64,000 bases of DNA from Octopus vulgaris (taxonomy: Eukaryota). The position numbers were made by a program, and so were the translations under genes. Below are positions 43,057 to 55,666 of this stretch, in pieces. How positions within the stretch are numbered: position 1 is the first letter of the stretch; every line of letters starts with the position of its first letter. Under the pieces are notes generated by a model, which had not been told where the DNA came from, ran no database searches, and saw only the letters and a list, made by a program, of their open reading frames with translations. Location: the NCBI GenBank assembly GCA_951406725.2, contig OX597821.1, forward strand, positions 100,378,001 to 100,442,000. The letters run 5' to 3'.

Positions 43057-44333
43057 GTCATCCCATAATTAATGTGGTTTTTTTCAATTACATGAACTTA
43101 AAGTCGGAGGGGCGTAATAAACTAACTGCATCAACTTGCTATAAAAACAGGTAGTAATTTTACCTTGTACTTATACTTGGCGCAAGTTTCGAAGAATGAA
43201 GTTCGATTTCAACAGTTATTTTTTCAAAGCTATAATGGAAGTAACAAAGGAGCATATTCAACATATTTTGTTTTATGCATTCAATGAAGACAACAACGCA
43301 GCAGAAAGAGCGGGGAATATTAATGCAGTATATGGGGATCGGACAATAAGCATAAGCAAGTGTCAATGGTGGCTCCTGAAATTCCGAGCCGGAAAATACA
43401 GCCTAGAAGACGAGCCTCGTCCTGGAAGATCTCTAGAGCTCGACGAGGACGTCCTGCAAACCTTAGTAGAACAAAATCCCATCGTAACTGTTGAGGAACT
43501 AGCAAAGAAGCTTTAATTTGGTCATCCAGCCATTCAGCGGCACCTGCGTGCCGTCAGAAAAGTCAGCAAATTCGGTCAGTGGATTCCTCACAAACTTTCC
43601 GAGTCTAATCGCGTACAGAGAGTGAATGTGTACACTTCTTTGCTGTCACGTCTCAAAATTGAACCATTTACGGGGCTGAATAATGACTGGTAAAAAGAAA
43701 TGGGTTCCCTATAAAAAATATCAAGCGCTGAAGACAGTGGATAGGGAAAGAAGAAACACCGGCACACCAGGCTAAAGAAGATCTTCAGCCACGTAAGGTG
43801 TTGTTATCTGTTTGGTAGGATATGAACGGTTTAGTCTACTTGGAACTTTTAAACCCAAACAAAACGATAATAACAAAGGAGATCTACTGCAAGCAGCTTG
43901 AGCATCTTAAGCCAGCGCTATAAGAAAAACGACAATCTTTGGTTACAAGACGAAAGGTGTTCTTCCATCAGGGTAAAGTTTGGCCACGTACAGCAAGAAT
44001 GACATTCCAAAGGTTGGAGCAGTTTGAATGGGAAACAATGCCCCACCCACCATGTTCGCTGGACATTGCCCCACATGATTAAGGTATATTCCGCAGTCTT
44101 CAAAATAATTTGGACAAAAAAAATATGAATTCTGTAGACGAGGTCAGATCAGTACTGGAGGAGTATTTTTCGTCACGGACAAGTGAGTTTTGGAAGAAGG
44201 GCCTTGCAAGTCTAGATGGAAGAACATTGAAGTACATGGAGGAGAGTCTAGTTTAGTTTAAAAAAGAACTTTTTCTATCTTAATTTTGAAAAATAAAAGT
44301 ATACAAAACTGCACTATTTATGGGATGATCTAC
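43053..44333 (+). mobile_element. Full-length (1281 bp) mariner DNA transposon, inactive
   Basis: TA|TTGGGTCATCCCATAA ... TTATGGGATGATCTAC|TA imperfect TIRs with TA TSD. Confidence 0.9.
43235..44260 (+). pseudogene. Mariner (Mos1/Hsmar1-like) transposase pseudogene
   Basis: MEVTKEHIQHIL...SLEDEPRPGR HTH region; WIPHKL (WVPHEL motif); TGKKKW (TGDEKW with catalytic D lost); HQGKVWPR (HDNARPH); HPPCSLDIAPHD (YSPDLAPSD). Stop at 43514-43516 and frameshifts. Confidence 0.88.
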
Positions 44334-44441
44334 TATATGTATGTATGTACGTATATGTGTGTGCGTGTATATATGCATGTATATTTTGACATATACATAT
44401 ATATATATATGTATATGTCAGTATATATATGTATGTATATA

Positions 44442-44494
<53 letters not shown>

Positions 44495-44703
44495 TGAAAT
44501 AGAAAGATGAATAATCTTGTTGCAGATTAATCAAAAGTTTAACCGATACCTTGGTAGCAAAAATCACAGCAGAAGACAGCACGGTTGGAGGTACAACCAT
44601 ATGGTGTTGCAACCGTGCGTTGGTGCGGATAATTGAATTTTAATATTATTAGTGAATTGATGAAATGGAGTTGAACGAAGATTGAACAGAAATCGTTTTA
44701 TTG

Positions 44704-44790
44704 CATTCTACACGTGTTTCGAAAGGCACAATTTACCAAATTCCGATTGAATAATGAGACCATATTGTGTCTTTCTCTTCAGGAAGAAAT
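44704..44790 (-). ncRNA. Type I hammerhead ribozyme candidate in a Penelope-like pLTR remnant (~44615-45228)
   Basis: UUC-CUGAAGA-[GAAAGACACAAU...AUUGUGCCUUUC, 11/12 bp]-GAAA-CACGU-GUA^GAA; palindromic stem III ACACGUGU; AATAAA a few nt downstream. Confidence 0.7.
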
Positions 44791-45225
44791 AGGAAATCCG
44801 TTGGAAAAAACAAAAACAGAACAGAGGCGGAGCAAAACAAATCGAACGAGGCTCCTAAGAGCCCATGGCCAAACTGTTTATCAATGTATGTTGAAAACGG
44901 GTGGTGGGTGCGTTGAAGATTTTAACGGGTCAGGCAGCGGTCATTCCGGTGGGCGAGGGCACGGGGTGCGTAGATGTTCTTTGTGACCGAGACTAAAGTT
45001 CTGACTATTTAAAGAATATAAGGTGTATTATATGGGGCGAGCAAAATCTACTTAGAATCATGTGTGTGTGTACTGATCTATATATGCGCGGCCGCAAGTT
45101 GGTAAGAAGCGCTACACTCTGGTCACTGCTGAGAAATCCGTCAGGGGGTAGAAAATATTTTATGTGTACGTGTGTGCGTTTTATCGCGCGGCCGTCAGTT
45201 GGTAAACAGCTCTACACAATGGTCA

Positions 45226-45298
<73 letters not shown>

Positions 45299-45353
45299 AT
45301 ATATATATATATATAATGAATCTCAGAGCGAGTTATGTATATATATATGTATG

Positions 45354-45387
<34 letters not shown>

Positions 45388-45425
45388 TGTATGTATGTAT
45401 GTATGTATGTATGCATGCATGCATG

Positions 45426-45459
<34 letters not shown>

Positions 45460-45837
45460 TGTATGTATGTATGCATGCATGTATGTATGTATATATGTAT
45501 GTATGTATGTTTGTCTATCAGCGGTAAGATATTCAAAAGCGAATATTTATATAGATATTAATATTCTTATTGCTATCGAAAGCAATACAAATAGTTGATA
45601 ATAAGAACATCAATGTTGGTGGTTGCAGGCCTAAATCAGCATTATACAACTGCACGTATACTGTTGAATCTGTTATTTTCTTATTTTCAATGATAATTAT
45701 TTGGGTGATCCAAATGAGGATTTAAACTCTCATTTCTAGTGGATAGGCACTTTCACGTGTCCTTATGATCTATATATATATATCGTTTTTGGATTTGGTT
45801 TGCAAGATCCTTTATGTGAGTGCATGTGTTGAAGCAC

Positions 45838-46115
45838 ATACTGTTGTGTCTGGAGATATTCTCTTTTGGTGCCTTATAATTTAACACAGTCATAGGTAAA
45901 ATTTCCACTTATTTCTTATTTTTATTTTCCTAAAATTTTCGTGGCGTCTTGCAAACTTTTCAATAGTCTTCAAAAGTCAAGATTATTGAAAAGGTTGCAA
46001 GACGCAACGAAAGTTTTTGGAAAATAAAAATAAGAAATAAGTGGAAATTTTACCGGTGAATGTGTTAAATTATAAGGCACCAAAACAGAATGACTCTCCC
46101 CAGACATAACAGTAT
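45838..46115. mobile_element. Palindromic short element between (TA)n tracts (Penelope-like)
   Basis: ~135-bp arms around an 8-nt spacer at 45971-45978; arm contains TTGAAAAG-GTTGC-aagac-GCAAC-GAAA. Confidence 0.7.
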
Positions 46116-46296
46116 ATATATATATATATATAAAGAGAGAGAGAGAGAGAGAGAGAAAGAAAGAGGGGGAGAGAGAGCGACAGACAGACAGCCAAACAGG
46201 TAGATAGATACATTGATAGATAGATAGATAGATAGATAGATAAATACATATTGTTATAGACATATTGCTATTTCAATCAATCAATCTACCTATATG

Positions 46297-46331
<35 letters not shown>

Positions 46332-46556
46332 GTCTATCTATCTATCTATCTATCTACACACACACACACAAACACGTCTAGTTCTATTAATTCTATGATT
46401 TAGTCACTGGTATATTAGTCTGGTAGAGAATACACGTTAGACCAAAACACGTCACGCCATAAAGAACATTATGTCCATGGCATTCGAAGTTTCACTTACT
46501 AGCGTATTATTGTAACGAGGTGGTGTGGCAGTATGTTTTAGTACATATATACATAT

Positions 46557-46662
<106 letters not shown>

Positions 46663-46695
46663 GTATATGTATATGTATAGAGAGAGATACAGATG

Positions 46696-46727
<32 letters not shown>

Positions 46728-46974
46728 TACGTGTCTGTGTGCATATACGTAGTTGTGTGTGTATGTGTAAATAGATGGCCTCATTTTCCTACAGGTGTTT
46801 GTATATGTATGTATACATGAACGCATATATCAATGTACGTATAAACGTCAGTATGTACGTGAATAGAATGTATTTTTCAACCTACGATGACGTTTTATAT
46901 ACGTATTTGTATGAGTGGGTGTCTAATACGTATACAGAAACATATACACCCATATAATATTCATAAATCATAGC

Positions 46975-47345
46975 TGCAGGCGTGGTTGTGTAGTAAGAAA
47001 TTTGCTTCCCAACCACATAGTTCCGAGTTCAATAGAGAGTCTTCTACTATATACACGGCCCGACCAAATATTTGCGAATGGATTTTGGTAGACGGAAACT
47101 AAAAGAAGCTCGCTGTATATATATATATCTATATGTGTGTGTGTCAGTGCTTGTCCCTCACTATTGCTTGACAACCGATGTTAGTGTGTTTACGTCTCCG
47201 TAACTTAGCGGTTCGGCATGGAGGCTGATAAAATAAGTATCAGGCTTAAAAGGAAATAATTAAGTACAGAGTTCGACTCATTTGTCTAAAACTTCGAGGT
47301 GATGCTCCAGCAGGGCCGCAGTCTAATGACTGGAACAAGTGTAAG
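46975..47345 (+). mobile_element. SINE family A (diverged)
   Basis: Head, body and tail recognisable. Confidence 0.75.
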
Positions 47346-47398
47346 AGATAAATGGGATATAGACGTGTGGGTTTGGGTGAAAATAACGATTTTAAATC

Positions 47399-47467
<69 letters not shown>

Positions 47468-47484
47468 GTATGTATGTATGTATG

Positions 47485-47536
<52 letters not shown>

Positions 47537-47934
47537 TAAATATTAATATATATATATATATATATATATATTGATCCAGCATGGCCACTGTGAAAATAAC
47601 GGAAAGAAGTAAAAAAAAATGAAAGAATATATGTGTGTGTGTACTTTGTGTCTGTTTGTGTGTACTTGTGCTATGCATGTGTTTGTATGTGCGTGTGTAC
47701 ATATATGTTTATTAAATGAAAGGTGATGTGAAACAGGGGTAAAAAAATAATACTCAATGCATATGTTTATCATATCTCATCTAATCCCCTAAACATTAAT
47801 CCTCTTTCATCTGAGTTTCACGTTTCCGTGATATACTTTCCAGTCTTCTTCAGGTGTCCCGGGGAAATTTCGAACCTAGGTTCTCATTCCTAAGGTATTT
47901 TTCGATGTTATTATTATCATCATCATCATCATCA

Positions 47935-47973
<39 letters not shown>

Positions 47974-47974
<1 letters not shown>

Positions 47975-49783
47975 TTTTTTTTCTTCTTTCAAATTTGCTT
48001 CCATTTCTTGCCGAGTGTCTTCCCGACTCCTAGGGCAAAGAAACTCATAGTATACATTGGTAGGCCATTAAACCAAACTCAGTAGTTCGTTCATTTTTTT
48101 TTTTTTTTTTTTTTTAAAGTTAAATTAAAATACATGAGCAGCAACAGTTCTCACATCGACAATGCTCTTCTCAATACGTGTGATGTACCAGTTAAGACAA
48201 TCTTTTGCACTTCTTGCAGGGATGGTAAGCCAGGGATCATTCTCATATAATTTTCGGTTCCCTTCTTGATCATTCCTAGTGCTCCTACGATCACTGGTAT
48301 TGTAACCGCCTTGAGATGCCACATTTTCTCAATTTCAATGAGTAGGTCTTTATATTTTCTGAGCTTGTCAAACTCTTTCGCTGAGATATTATGATCACAG
48401 GGGATGCTCATGTCGATCAATAAGCAAACTTTATTGTTTTGGTCTTTCACAACAATATCTGGTTTATTGGCCTTGATGGTTCGGTCTGTATGTACTGGAA
48501 AGTCCCACAGAATGGTTACATTTTCTCCTTCAGTTACAGCCTCAGGGTGGTGATTATACCACTTGTCGGCAGTTTTGATATTGTAATGCCCACTTATTAG
48601 CCAGTGGAGATATTGGCCAACTCTGTCATGTCTTAATTTATACTCCACTGGTGCTAAGACTTTACATCCAGAGATTAGATGGTCCACTGTTTCAATTATG
48701 TCGTTGCAGAATCGGCATTTTGGGTCTGCTCCATTTTTCATCACATTGACCTGGTAGTTCCGGGTTAATAGGCTTTGATCTTGAACAGCCAGGATGAAAC
48801 CTTCGCTCTCTGCTTTTAGCCCTGAGCTCCGTAGCCACTGATGGGTTTTCTTCTGGTCAACATCAGCTTGTTTGCTGCGGGTCACATATTTGCCGTGCAG
48901 AGGTTTCTCCTCCCACCTATCAGCCAATTGCTCGTGCGCTTTTTTCATTGCCATCATTTTCACCTTCTTTGCAACAATAGTTGCCGTACTTCCCTCGGGT
49001 TGTTCAGTTTGGGTATCCTGCACGAGATCAATAGCAAATTTTTTGCTTTTTTTTATGATAGAATGAAGCTTCTTTCGTCTCTCGTGATTTTCCAGGAGCT
49101 TTAGCATCCAGTCATTCGATATTTCGAGATATTTGGCCAGTCCAATTGTGGTTGTTTTGTAAGCTAGTTCAAATTGGATCAGGCCTCGACCTCCTTGGGC
49201 TCTGGGAAGGTAAAGGCGATCTACGTCTGCCTTTGGGTGGTGCATCCTATTACAACTCAGCAGCTTGCGTATTTTTCTATCTATATTCTTTACTTCACTC
49301 ATATTCCAGTTCAACACATTGTAGCTATAAGTAACAACTGGAACTGCTAAGGAATTTATAGCTAACATCTTGTTACGTGCATTTAGTTCAGATTTCAGGA
49401 CTGCACGAACTCTCCTATAACATTCCTTCCTGATTTTCTCTTTCATGCTTGCATGCTGAATACCATAGCCTTCATTTATCCCTAAATATTTGTATTTTTG
49501 TTCTTGCTCAAGCTCTCTTATGACTGTGTCAACATCTAACACGACTGAATTTGTGGTCTTCACTTTCCCTTTCTGGAAAGTGGCCTTGGCACACTTCTCA
49601 AGTCCAAACTCCATCCCGATGTCATCGCTGAATGCTTTCACGGTGCGCAATAGGCCTTCAAGTTCATTATTGTCTTTACCATAAAGTTTTAAGTCATCCA
49701 TATAAAATAGATGGCTTATTTTTTTATTGGCAATTTTATACCCATACCCTGTTCTGTTTAATTCACTTGTAAGGGGTATTAGG
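47974..49783 (-). mobile_element. 5'-truncated R4/Dong-clade RLE non-LTR retrotransposon in a (TAA)n array
   Basis: Both junctions abut (TAA)n; ~175-nt 3' UTR; encodes RT C-terminus, CCHC finger and PD-(D/E)xK endonuclease. Clade assignment rests on domain order plus TAA targeting. Confidence 0.85.
48151..49782 (-). CDS. Retrotransposon ORF fragment: RT (YMDD) + thumb + CCHC zinc knuckle + restriction-like endonuclease
   Basis: The frame extends 27 codons upstream of the listed ORF (LIPLTSELNRTGYGYKIANKKISHLFY-MDDLKLY). Motifs: KYKYLG, RLYLPRAQGGRGL, CRFC..ETVDHLISGC, RHD, KPDIV..LIDMSIP..K..KY. No stops in 543 codons. Confidence 0.92.
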   Translation of the reverse strand, partial: LIPLTSELNRTGYGYKIANKKISHLFYMDDLKLYGKDNNELEGLLRTVKAFSDDIGMEFGLEKCAKATFQKGKVKTTNSVVLDVDTVIRELEQEQKYKYLGINEGYGIQHASMKEKIRKECYRRVRAVLKSELNARNKMLAINSLAVPVVTYSYNVLNWNMSEVKNIDRKIRKLLSCNRMHHPKADVDRLYLPRAQGGRGLIQFELAYKTTTIGLAKYLEISNDWMLKLLENHERRKKLHSIIKKSKKFAIDLVQDTQTEQPEGSTATIVAKKVKMMAMKKAHEQLADRWEEKPLHGKYVTRSKQADVDQKKTHQWLRSSGLKAESEGFILAVQDQSLLTRNYQVNVMKNGADPKCRFCNDIIETVDHLISGCKVLAPVEYKLRHDRVGQYLHWLISGHYNIKTADKWYNHHPEAVTEGENVTILWDFPVHTDRTIKANKPDIVVKDQNNKVCLLIDMSIPCDHNISAKEFDKLRKYKDLLIEIEKMWHLKAVTIPVIVGALGMIKKGTENYMRMIPGLPSLQEVQKIVLTGTSHVLRRALSM

Positions 49784-49786
49784 TAA

Positions 49787-49825
<39 letters not shown>

Positions 49826-49826
<1 letters not shown>

Positions 49827-49988
49827 GACAGAGCAGTGCATGCCATCAAAGGGACACTGGTGTAAAATATACGAAGCCCAGTATACCCATCATGACTACC
49901 TGTCTGATAAGGGTACACTAGGCACATGCATCACAACAATATGTGCGCAACATGGTGATGTCATATCAAGATAAACAGCACGTGACCT

Positions 49989-49990
<2 letters not shown>
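49826..49990 (-). mobile_element. Short retroposon 3' fragment in (TAA)n
   Basis: Reverse complement of ~62180-62337; bounded by TAA repeats. Confidence 0.75.
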
Positions 49991-50019
<29 letters not shown>

Positions 50020-50022
<3 letters not shown>

Positions 50023-50160
50023 GAACCAAGGTTCGAAATTTTCCCAGGGCACCTGAAGAAGGCTGGAGAGTATATCAGCTGAAGCGTTGTGTTGACAACA
50101 AACAAGATGGACACAAATACCGGTCAAATGTAAATAATGTACATAATTCCTCATCTCTCA
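50020..50160 (+). mobile_element. Penelope-like terminus with hammerhead-like motif; inverted partner at ~47815-47880
   Basis: GCAC-CTGAAGA-A-GGCTG-gagagtatat-CAGCT-GAAG-CGTT-GTGT; the partner reads CAC-CTGAAGA-A-GACTG...GAAACGTG on the minus strand. Confidence 0.65.
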
Positions 50161-50409
50161 AGTGTACCCTCCTCGTTTGTTTGTCAGTTTTTTCAATATT
50201 TTTCTCCTCATAAGTACATTTAACTGTCTATCAGAAAAAAACCCCTTGAATCAGTATTAGGTGTTCCGTCCTTTAGACAGTCGTAAAAAAGCACCTTGTT
50301 GTAGATGATATTTAGTCAAGATTAGTCGAAGTCAGATTAAATCCCAAACCTGGTAACTGCGAAACAAATTATTTAAGCCAAACAAGAATCTCTTCGAAAA
50401 TGAATATTT

Positions 50410-50613
50410 ATTTCTTTATTGCCCACAGGGGACAAACAAAGGGTTTAAGTCGATTACACCGACCCCACTGCGTAACTGGTACTTAATTTATCGACCCCGA
50501 AAGGATGAAAGTCAAAGTCGACCTCGGCGGAGTTTGAACTCAGAACGTAACGACAGACGAAATGCCGCTAAGTATTTCGACTGGCATGGTAACGATTCTG
50601 CCAGCTCGCCGCC
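50410..50613 (-). mobile_element. SINE family B with 11-bp TSD
   Basis: AATGAATATTT at 50399-50409 and 50616-50626. Confidence 0.88.
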
Positions 50614-50722
50614 CTAATGAATATTTTGATTTTTATAGAATAGTCGTTCTTTTCGTTGAACAAGTGAAATACGCATCACCGACACCGACAGCTGACTCTT
50701 TTAGTTTATTTACTATAGCACA

Positions 50723-50778
50723 TTGGCACGTTGGTACTTTGGCATTTTGGCACTTTGGCACCTTGGTACCTTGGCACG
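50723..50778 (+). repeat. 8-bp minisatellite (TTGGYAYN)x7
   Basis: ttggcacg ttggtact ttggcatt ttggcact ttggcacc ttggtacc ttggcacg. Confidence 0.85.
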
Positions 50779-51070
50779 TTCATTGTATGATTCAATTTCT
50801 AAATTCAGTTTATTTTCTTTGTCTGTCGAATGTAATTCAAAGATCTATCTATTTGAATGTGTGCATGTATGCACGTATGTATGTATGTAAGTATGTATGT
50901 ATTTATTTATGTATGTATGTATGTATGTATGTGTATGCATGTATGTATATGTATGTGGATATATATATATATGTATATAATACATATATACACCTATGTG
51001 TGTGTGTGTATATATATATGTATATATATATGCATGTATATATATGTGTATATATACATACATATAAATA

Positions 51071-51176
<106 letters not shown>

Positions 51177-52798
51177 GAGAGAGATAAAGAGAGAGAGAGA
51201 ACGATCTAAATCTGATTATGCTGGTGCGATAATTTACACAAAGCAGCAATCAGTAGCTCTAACATTGTATAAGGCTTCCTGTTAGATAGCACTTTTCTGT
51301 TTTAACACTAGGGAGACAGTAACATGTGATTATTCAATTAACAGTAGTTATGTGCAGCCAAAGTACGTTGTTTAGCAGATATTCGGACATTACTTTTAGA
51401 GTACTAGTGACCGAGTCTATAGCGTACTGGACAAACAGTTGTCCGGTGTGATGTGTTAATCGTAATTCGTGTGAACCCAGTGGTCAGTGACGTTGGAAGT
51501 GTTTGCGAGGTCGAGAGACACTGCCCATCGGCTTAGTTTCCTAAATTGCAATTAAATATCGTAAAAGGTTAAAAAGTTAATTGTTTCTAATTTAGGTACA
51601 AGGTCAGAAATTTGAGATTGACAGGTTTAGTTTGTAACATCGGCACTTGACGGCAAATTTATTTTATCGACCACTGAGGAATGAAAGGTAAAATTGATCT
51701 CAGCGAGATGTGAACTCAGAATGTGAAGAGCCTGAAGAAATGATAAAATACACTTTTATATAACTCTTACTATTCTGTCAATTCATCGCCCTGCATGTTT
51801 TTTTATTTAGGCACAAAGCCTGAAGTTTTTCTGGTAAGGGATTCGGATTAGCTGATTACATCGCCCTCGGTATCTGATTGGTGTCTTATTTTATCCTCGT
51901 CGTGAGGATGAGGATGAATCACGAAGTTAACTTCAGAAATTAAAACAGCCAAAACAGATACGACAACAAAGGTTTATTCAGATGATTTAACGATACTGTC
52001 AGTTCAATGCCTTTGGTAACTGTATGTAACGGCAGAATCTTCATCTGACCAAGGATTAATTTCTGCACAGTGGCATTTCCGAATTTTGTCACAAGGAAAG
52101 TCAATTCTATGCACTAGAAATATATCTAACGAAGAGAAAATCCGTTGCTCATCCGATTACCCTGTGAAAAACGGAGAAAATATCGGTCATTGGAGCGGAA
52201 TAAGATTTTGAAGTACTGGGGATAATGCAAGAAAATAATTGATGATCTTTTCATTTCTTTGAGTTATTGGTCGGCAGCCATTTTAAGGTATAGCATTGAA
52301 AGGTTTTAGTACAACAAATCAACCCCACCTCTGATTTTTTAAGTCAGAAATTTTTTGTGTCGGACACTTATACCGAACCACTAAGTTAGAAGGAAGTAAA
52401 GTCAAACAAAGGTTCTCAAGTAGTGGTGGGCTGACAAACATCGACAAAATAACACACACACACACATACAGACACACACACATCACTTACATACTCACAC
52501 ACACGTATAATTACATAGATACATATATACGACAGCCTTCCTATAGTTTTTGTCTACCAAATTCATTGTCAAGGCATTGGCCGGTCGGGTGTTATTCAAG
52601 AAGACAGCCCTCAAGATGCTGCTCAGTGAGTCTGAACCTCAAACCACGTGACAGCAAAGCAAGTTGCTTAACCACTCAGCCTCAAAATTCATTTTTAAAT
52701 CAGTTATAATCAATTATATTGTAGTGATTTAATGAATTATAATGTAGTGACCTAAACAAACTCATTATCAGGTTCCCTATATTCAGTGTATCGATCCG

Positions 52799-52902
52799 TA
52801 CTTGACTATGTTTATCATGCAGAAGGCAACCTGTGTAATGTTTTCAATATATATATATATATATATATATACACAACCATAAATACATATACATATCGAT
52901 CC

Positions 52903-52996
<94 letters not shown>

Positions 52997-53002
52997 GGAT
53001 AA

Positions 53003-53061
<59 letters not shown>

Positions 53062-53518
53062 CATACATACATACATACATACATACATACATACATACAT
53101 ACATACATACATACGTACGTACATACATACATACATAGAAACTTGTCTTTACTTGTTTCAGTTATTAGATTGCGGCCATGCAAGGAATATTTCTAGTTGA
53201 ATGAATCAATTCCAGTACTTATTTTTAAAGACAGGTATTTGTTTTATCGGATAGTTTTGCCGAACCGCTAATTACGAGGTCGTAAACACACAGTTTACGA
53301 CCTCGTAATTAGCGGTTCGGCAAAACTATCCGATAAAACAAATACCTGTCTTTAAAAATAAGTACTGGAATTGATTCATTCAACTAGAAATATTCCTTGC
53401 ATGGCCGCAATCTAATAACTGAAACAAGTAAAGACAAGTTTCTATGTATGTATGTATGTACGTACGTATGTATGTATGTATGTATGTATGTATGTATGTA
53501 TGTATGTATGTATCTATG

Positions 53519-53561
<43 letters not shown>

Positions 53562-53575
53562 TTATCCATCCATCC

Positions 53576-53627
<52 letters not shown>

Positions 53628-53753
53628 GTCTGTCTGTTTGTCTGTCTATCTATGGATCGATATGTATATGTATTTATGGTTGTGTATATATATATATATA
53701 TATATTGAAAACATTACACAGGTTGCCTTCTGCATGATAAACATAGTCAAGTA
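52799..53753. repeat. ~950-bp inverted duplication (palindrome) with 5-nt spacer
   Basis: Arms 52799-53287 / 53293-53753; non-repetitive parts appear identical, microsatellite lengths differ. Confidence 0.95.
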
Positions 53754-54608
53754 TATATATATATATACGTATATTTATGTATATATTCGCATATATATAC
53801 ATATGTATATATGCCTACATATACATATGTCTATATATATATACGACTGTCTTCATTCAGGTTCTTCCTAACAAATCCCCTCACAAGGCTTCGGTTGAGC
53901 CGAGGCTATGGTAGCAGAACTCACTTGCCGAGTGTGCCATGCAGTGGGACTGAATCCTGAACCATATGGCTTTCTATAACGTGTCCATGTGTATATCATT
54001 GCAGCTAAAATGAATTTATTTTAAGTATGCTTATATATAAAGAAAGTACACGACTAGAATTTTTATGTGCTGTTATATATATAAAATATATATATATATT
54101 ACATTGCGTTATAAATACTACATTCGAATGTATATTAGATTAAACATGAATCTTGGTTGTTGTTTTTTTCAGACCTAACAGCCAAAGTTTTGACTAATAT
54201 AAAGAAAAAACAGTTTCATCTGTGAGTAGAAAGGCAAGTAGTAATTGTGTCTCTAGAGCTGATTAGGTAAAAATAAATCAAACACACGCGCGCGCGTAAA
54301 CGCACACATATACATACACACACACAAACACACATTTCTACAGATAAATACACAAACGCACACACGCACGAACACACACACACACATATATATATAAGGA
54401 GAGATACATCTACGTAAAATTAAAACATATATATACATATGTACATATGTGTGTACGTGTTTGTGTGTGTGTATATAGTTATATATAATTATATGTAGAA
54501 ATATATATGTGTGCATGTAAAGAGATAGATAGATAGACAGATATACAAATGCATACATACACGTATCTGTATATATATATATACACACACATATATATAT
54601 AATATTAT

Positions 54609-54664
<56 letters not shown>

Positions 54665-55666
54665 ACATACATGTATGTATAGAAGCATATATATATATAT
54701 ATATACATGGATATATCTATACGTGTGTGTATGTGCATGTGTGTGCGTGCGTGTGTGTGTCGAGAGAACACGAAGTAGAGACAGAGGGGAAAAAAGAGAG
54801 AGAATGACAGAGTGAGAGAGAGAGGTAGAGAGAGAGAGAAAGAAAGGGAGATAAAAAGAGAGAGAGGGGAGATCTTAATATCACAGACAAATTATTTCTC
54901 TATGTTTAGAAAGCAAAAAAAATCAGCGAAATTTTTTCAAGAATCAGAATATTGTTATATTTCTGTTAAGCTATGTCCGATCAGAATCAAAATAAAATTA
55001 TTGTGATACGTGGATGAATTACCTAAATAAATTTGGAAGAATTAGAAGACGCCAAGTTTTCGAAAATAGTGGAAACAAAGTATTTGCATCATGCAGCAAC
55101 AGGACATATTTAAAGCTACCATAATGAAGTCTGTTATAATGGTTTCTAATTCTATCAGAATGGTTTCTAATTCTATAAGGCCAGTTATTTTAAGGGCCTG
55201 GAGTTAGTCGATACTTCGCCTTTACTTCACTGATATTTTATTTTATCGATCCTGGAAGAATAAAAGGCACAGTTGATCTCGGCGTAATTTGAACTCTAAT
55301 GATTTTTGATATTAGCGCAAGATTAATAATTTCGAAGAGTGGGGTTTATAAGATGTCGTCGACCTCTGTTTTCATTAATAAGTAAATATAGTAATGAAGA
55401 AACAAGTCAGAAAGCAGATAGGCAGTGTAAGCTTCAAGCTTATAAACTTACAGCCATACAATGAAATACGCACAGACAAAATAGCAATAATATCATTAAT
55501 TTTTATGGAAAAATTAAACTGGCAAAGTTTCAAAGTTAGATACAGCTGCAGAATGGGAAACGATAGTCATAATAAAATTCAATTGAAAAATGCCCAGCAT
55601 GACAAGCAACGAGAACAGCCCCACCAACAACTACTTTCTGCATACGTTGTAAGTAAAAAAAGAATG

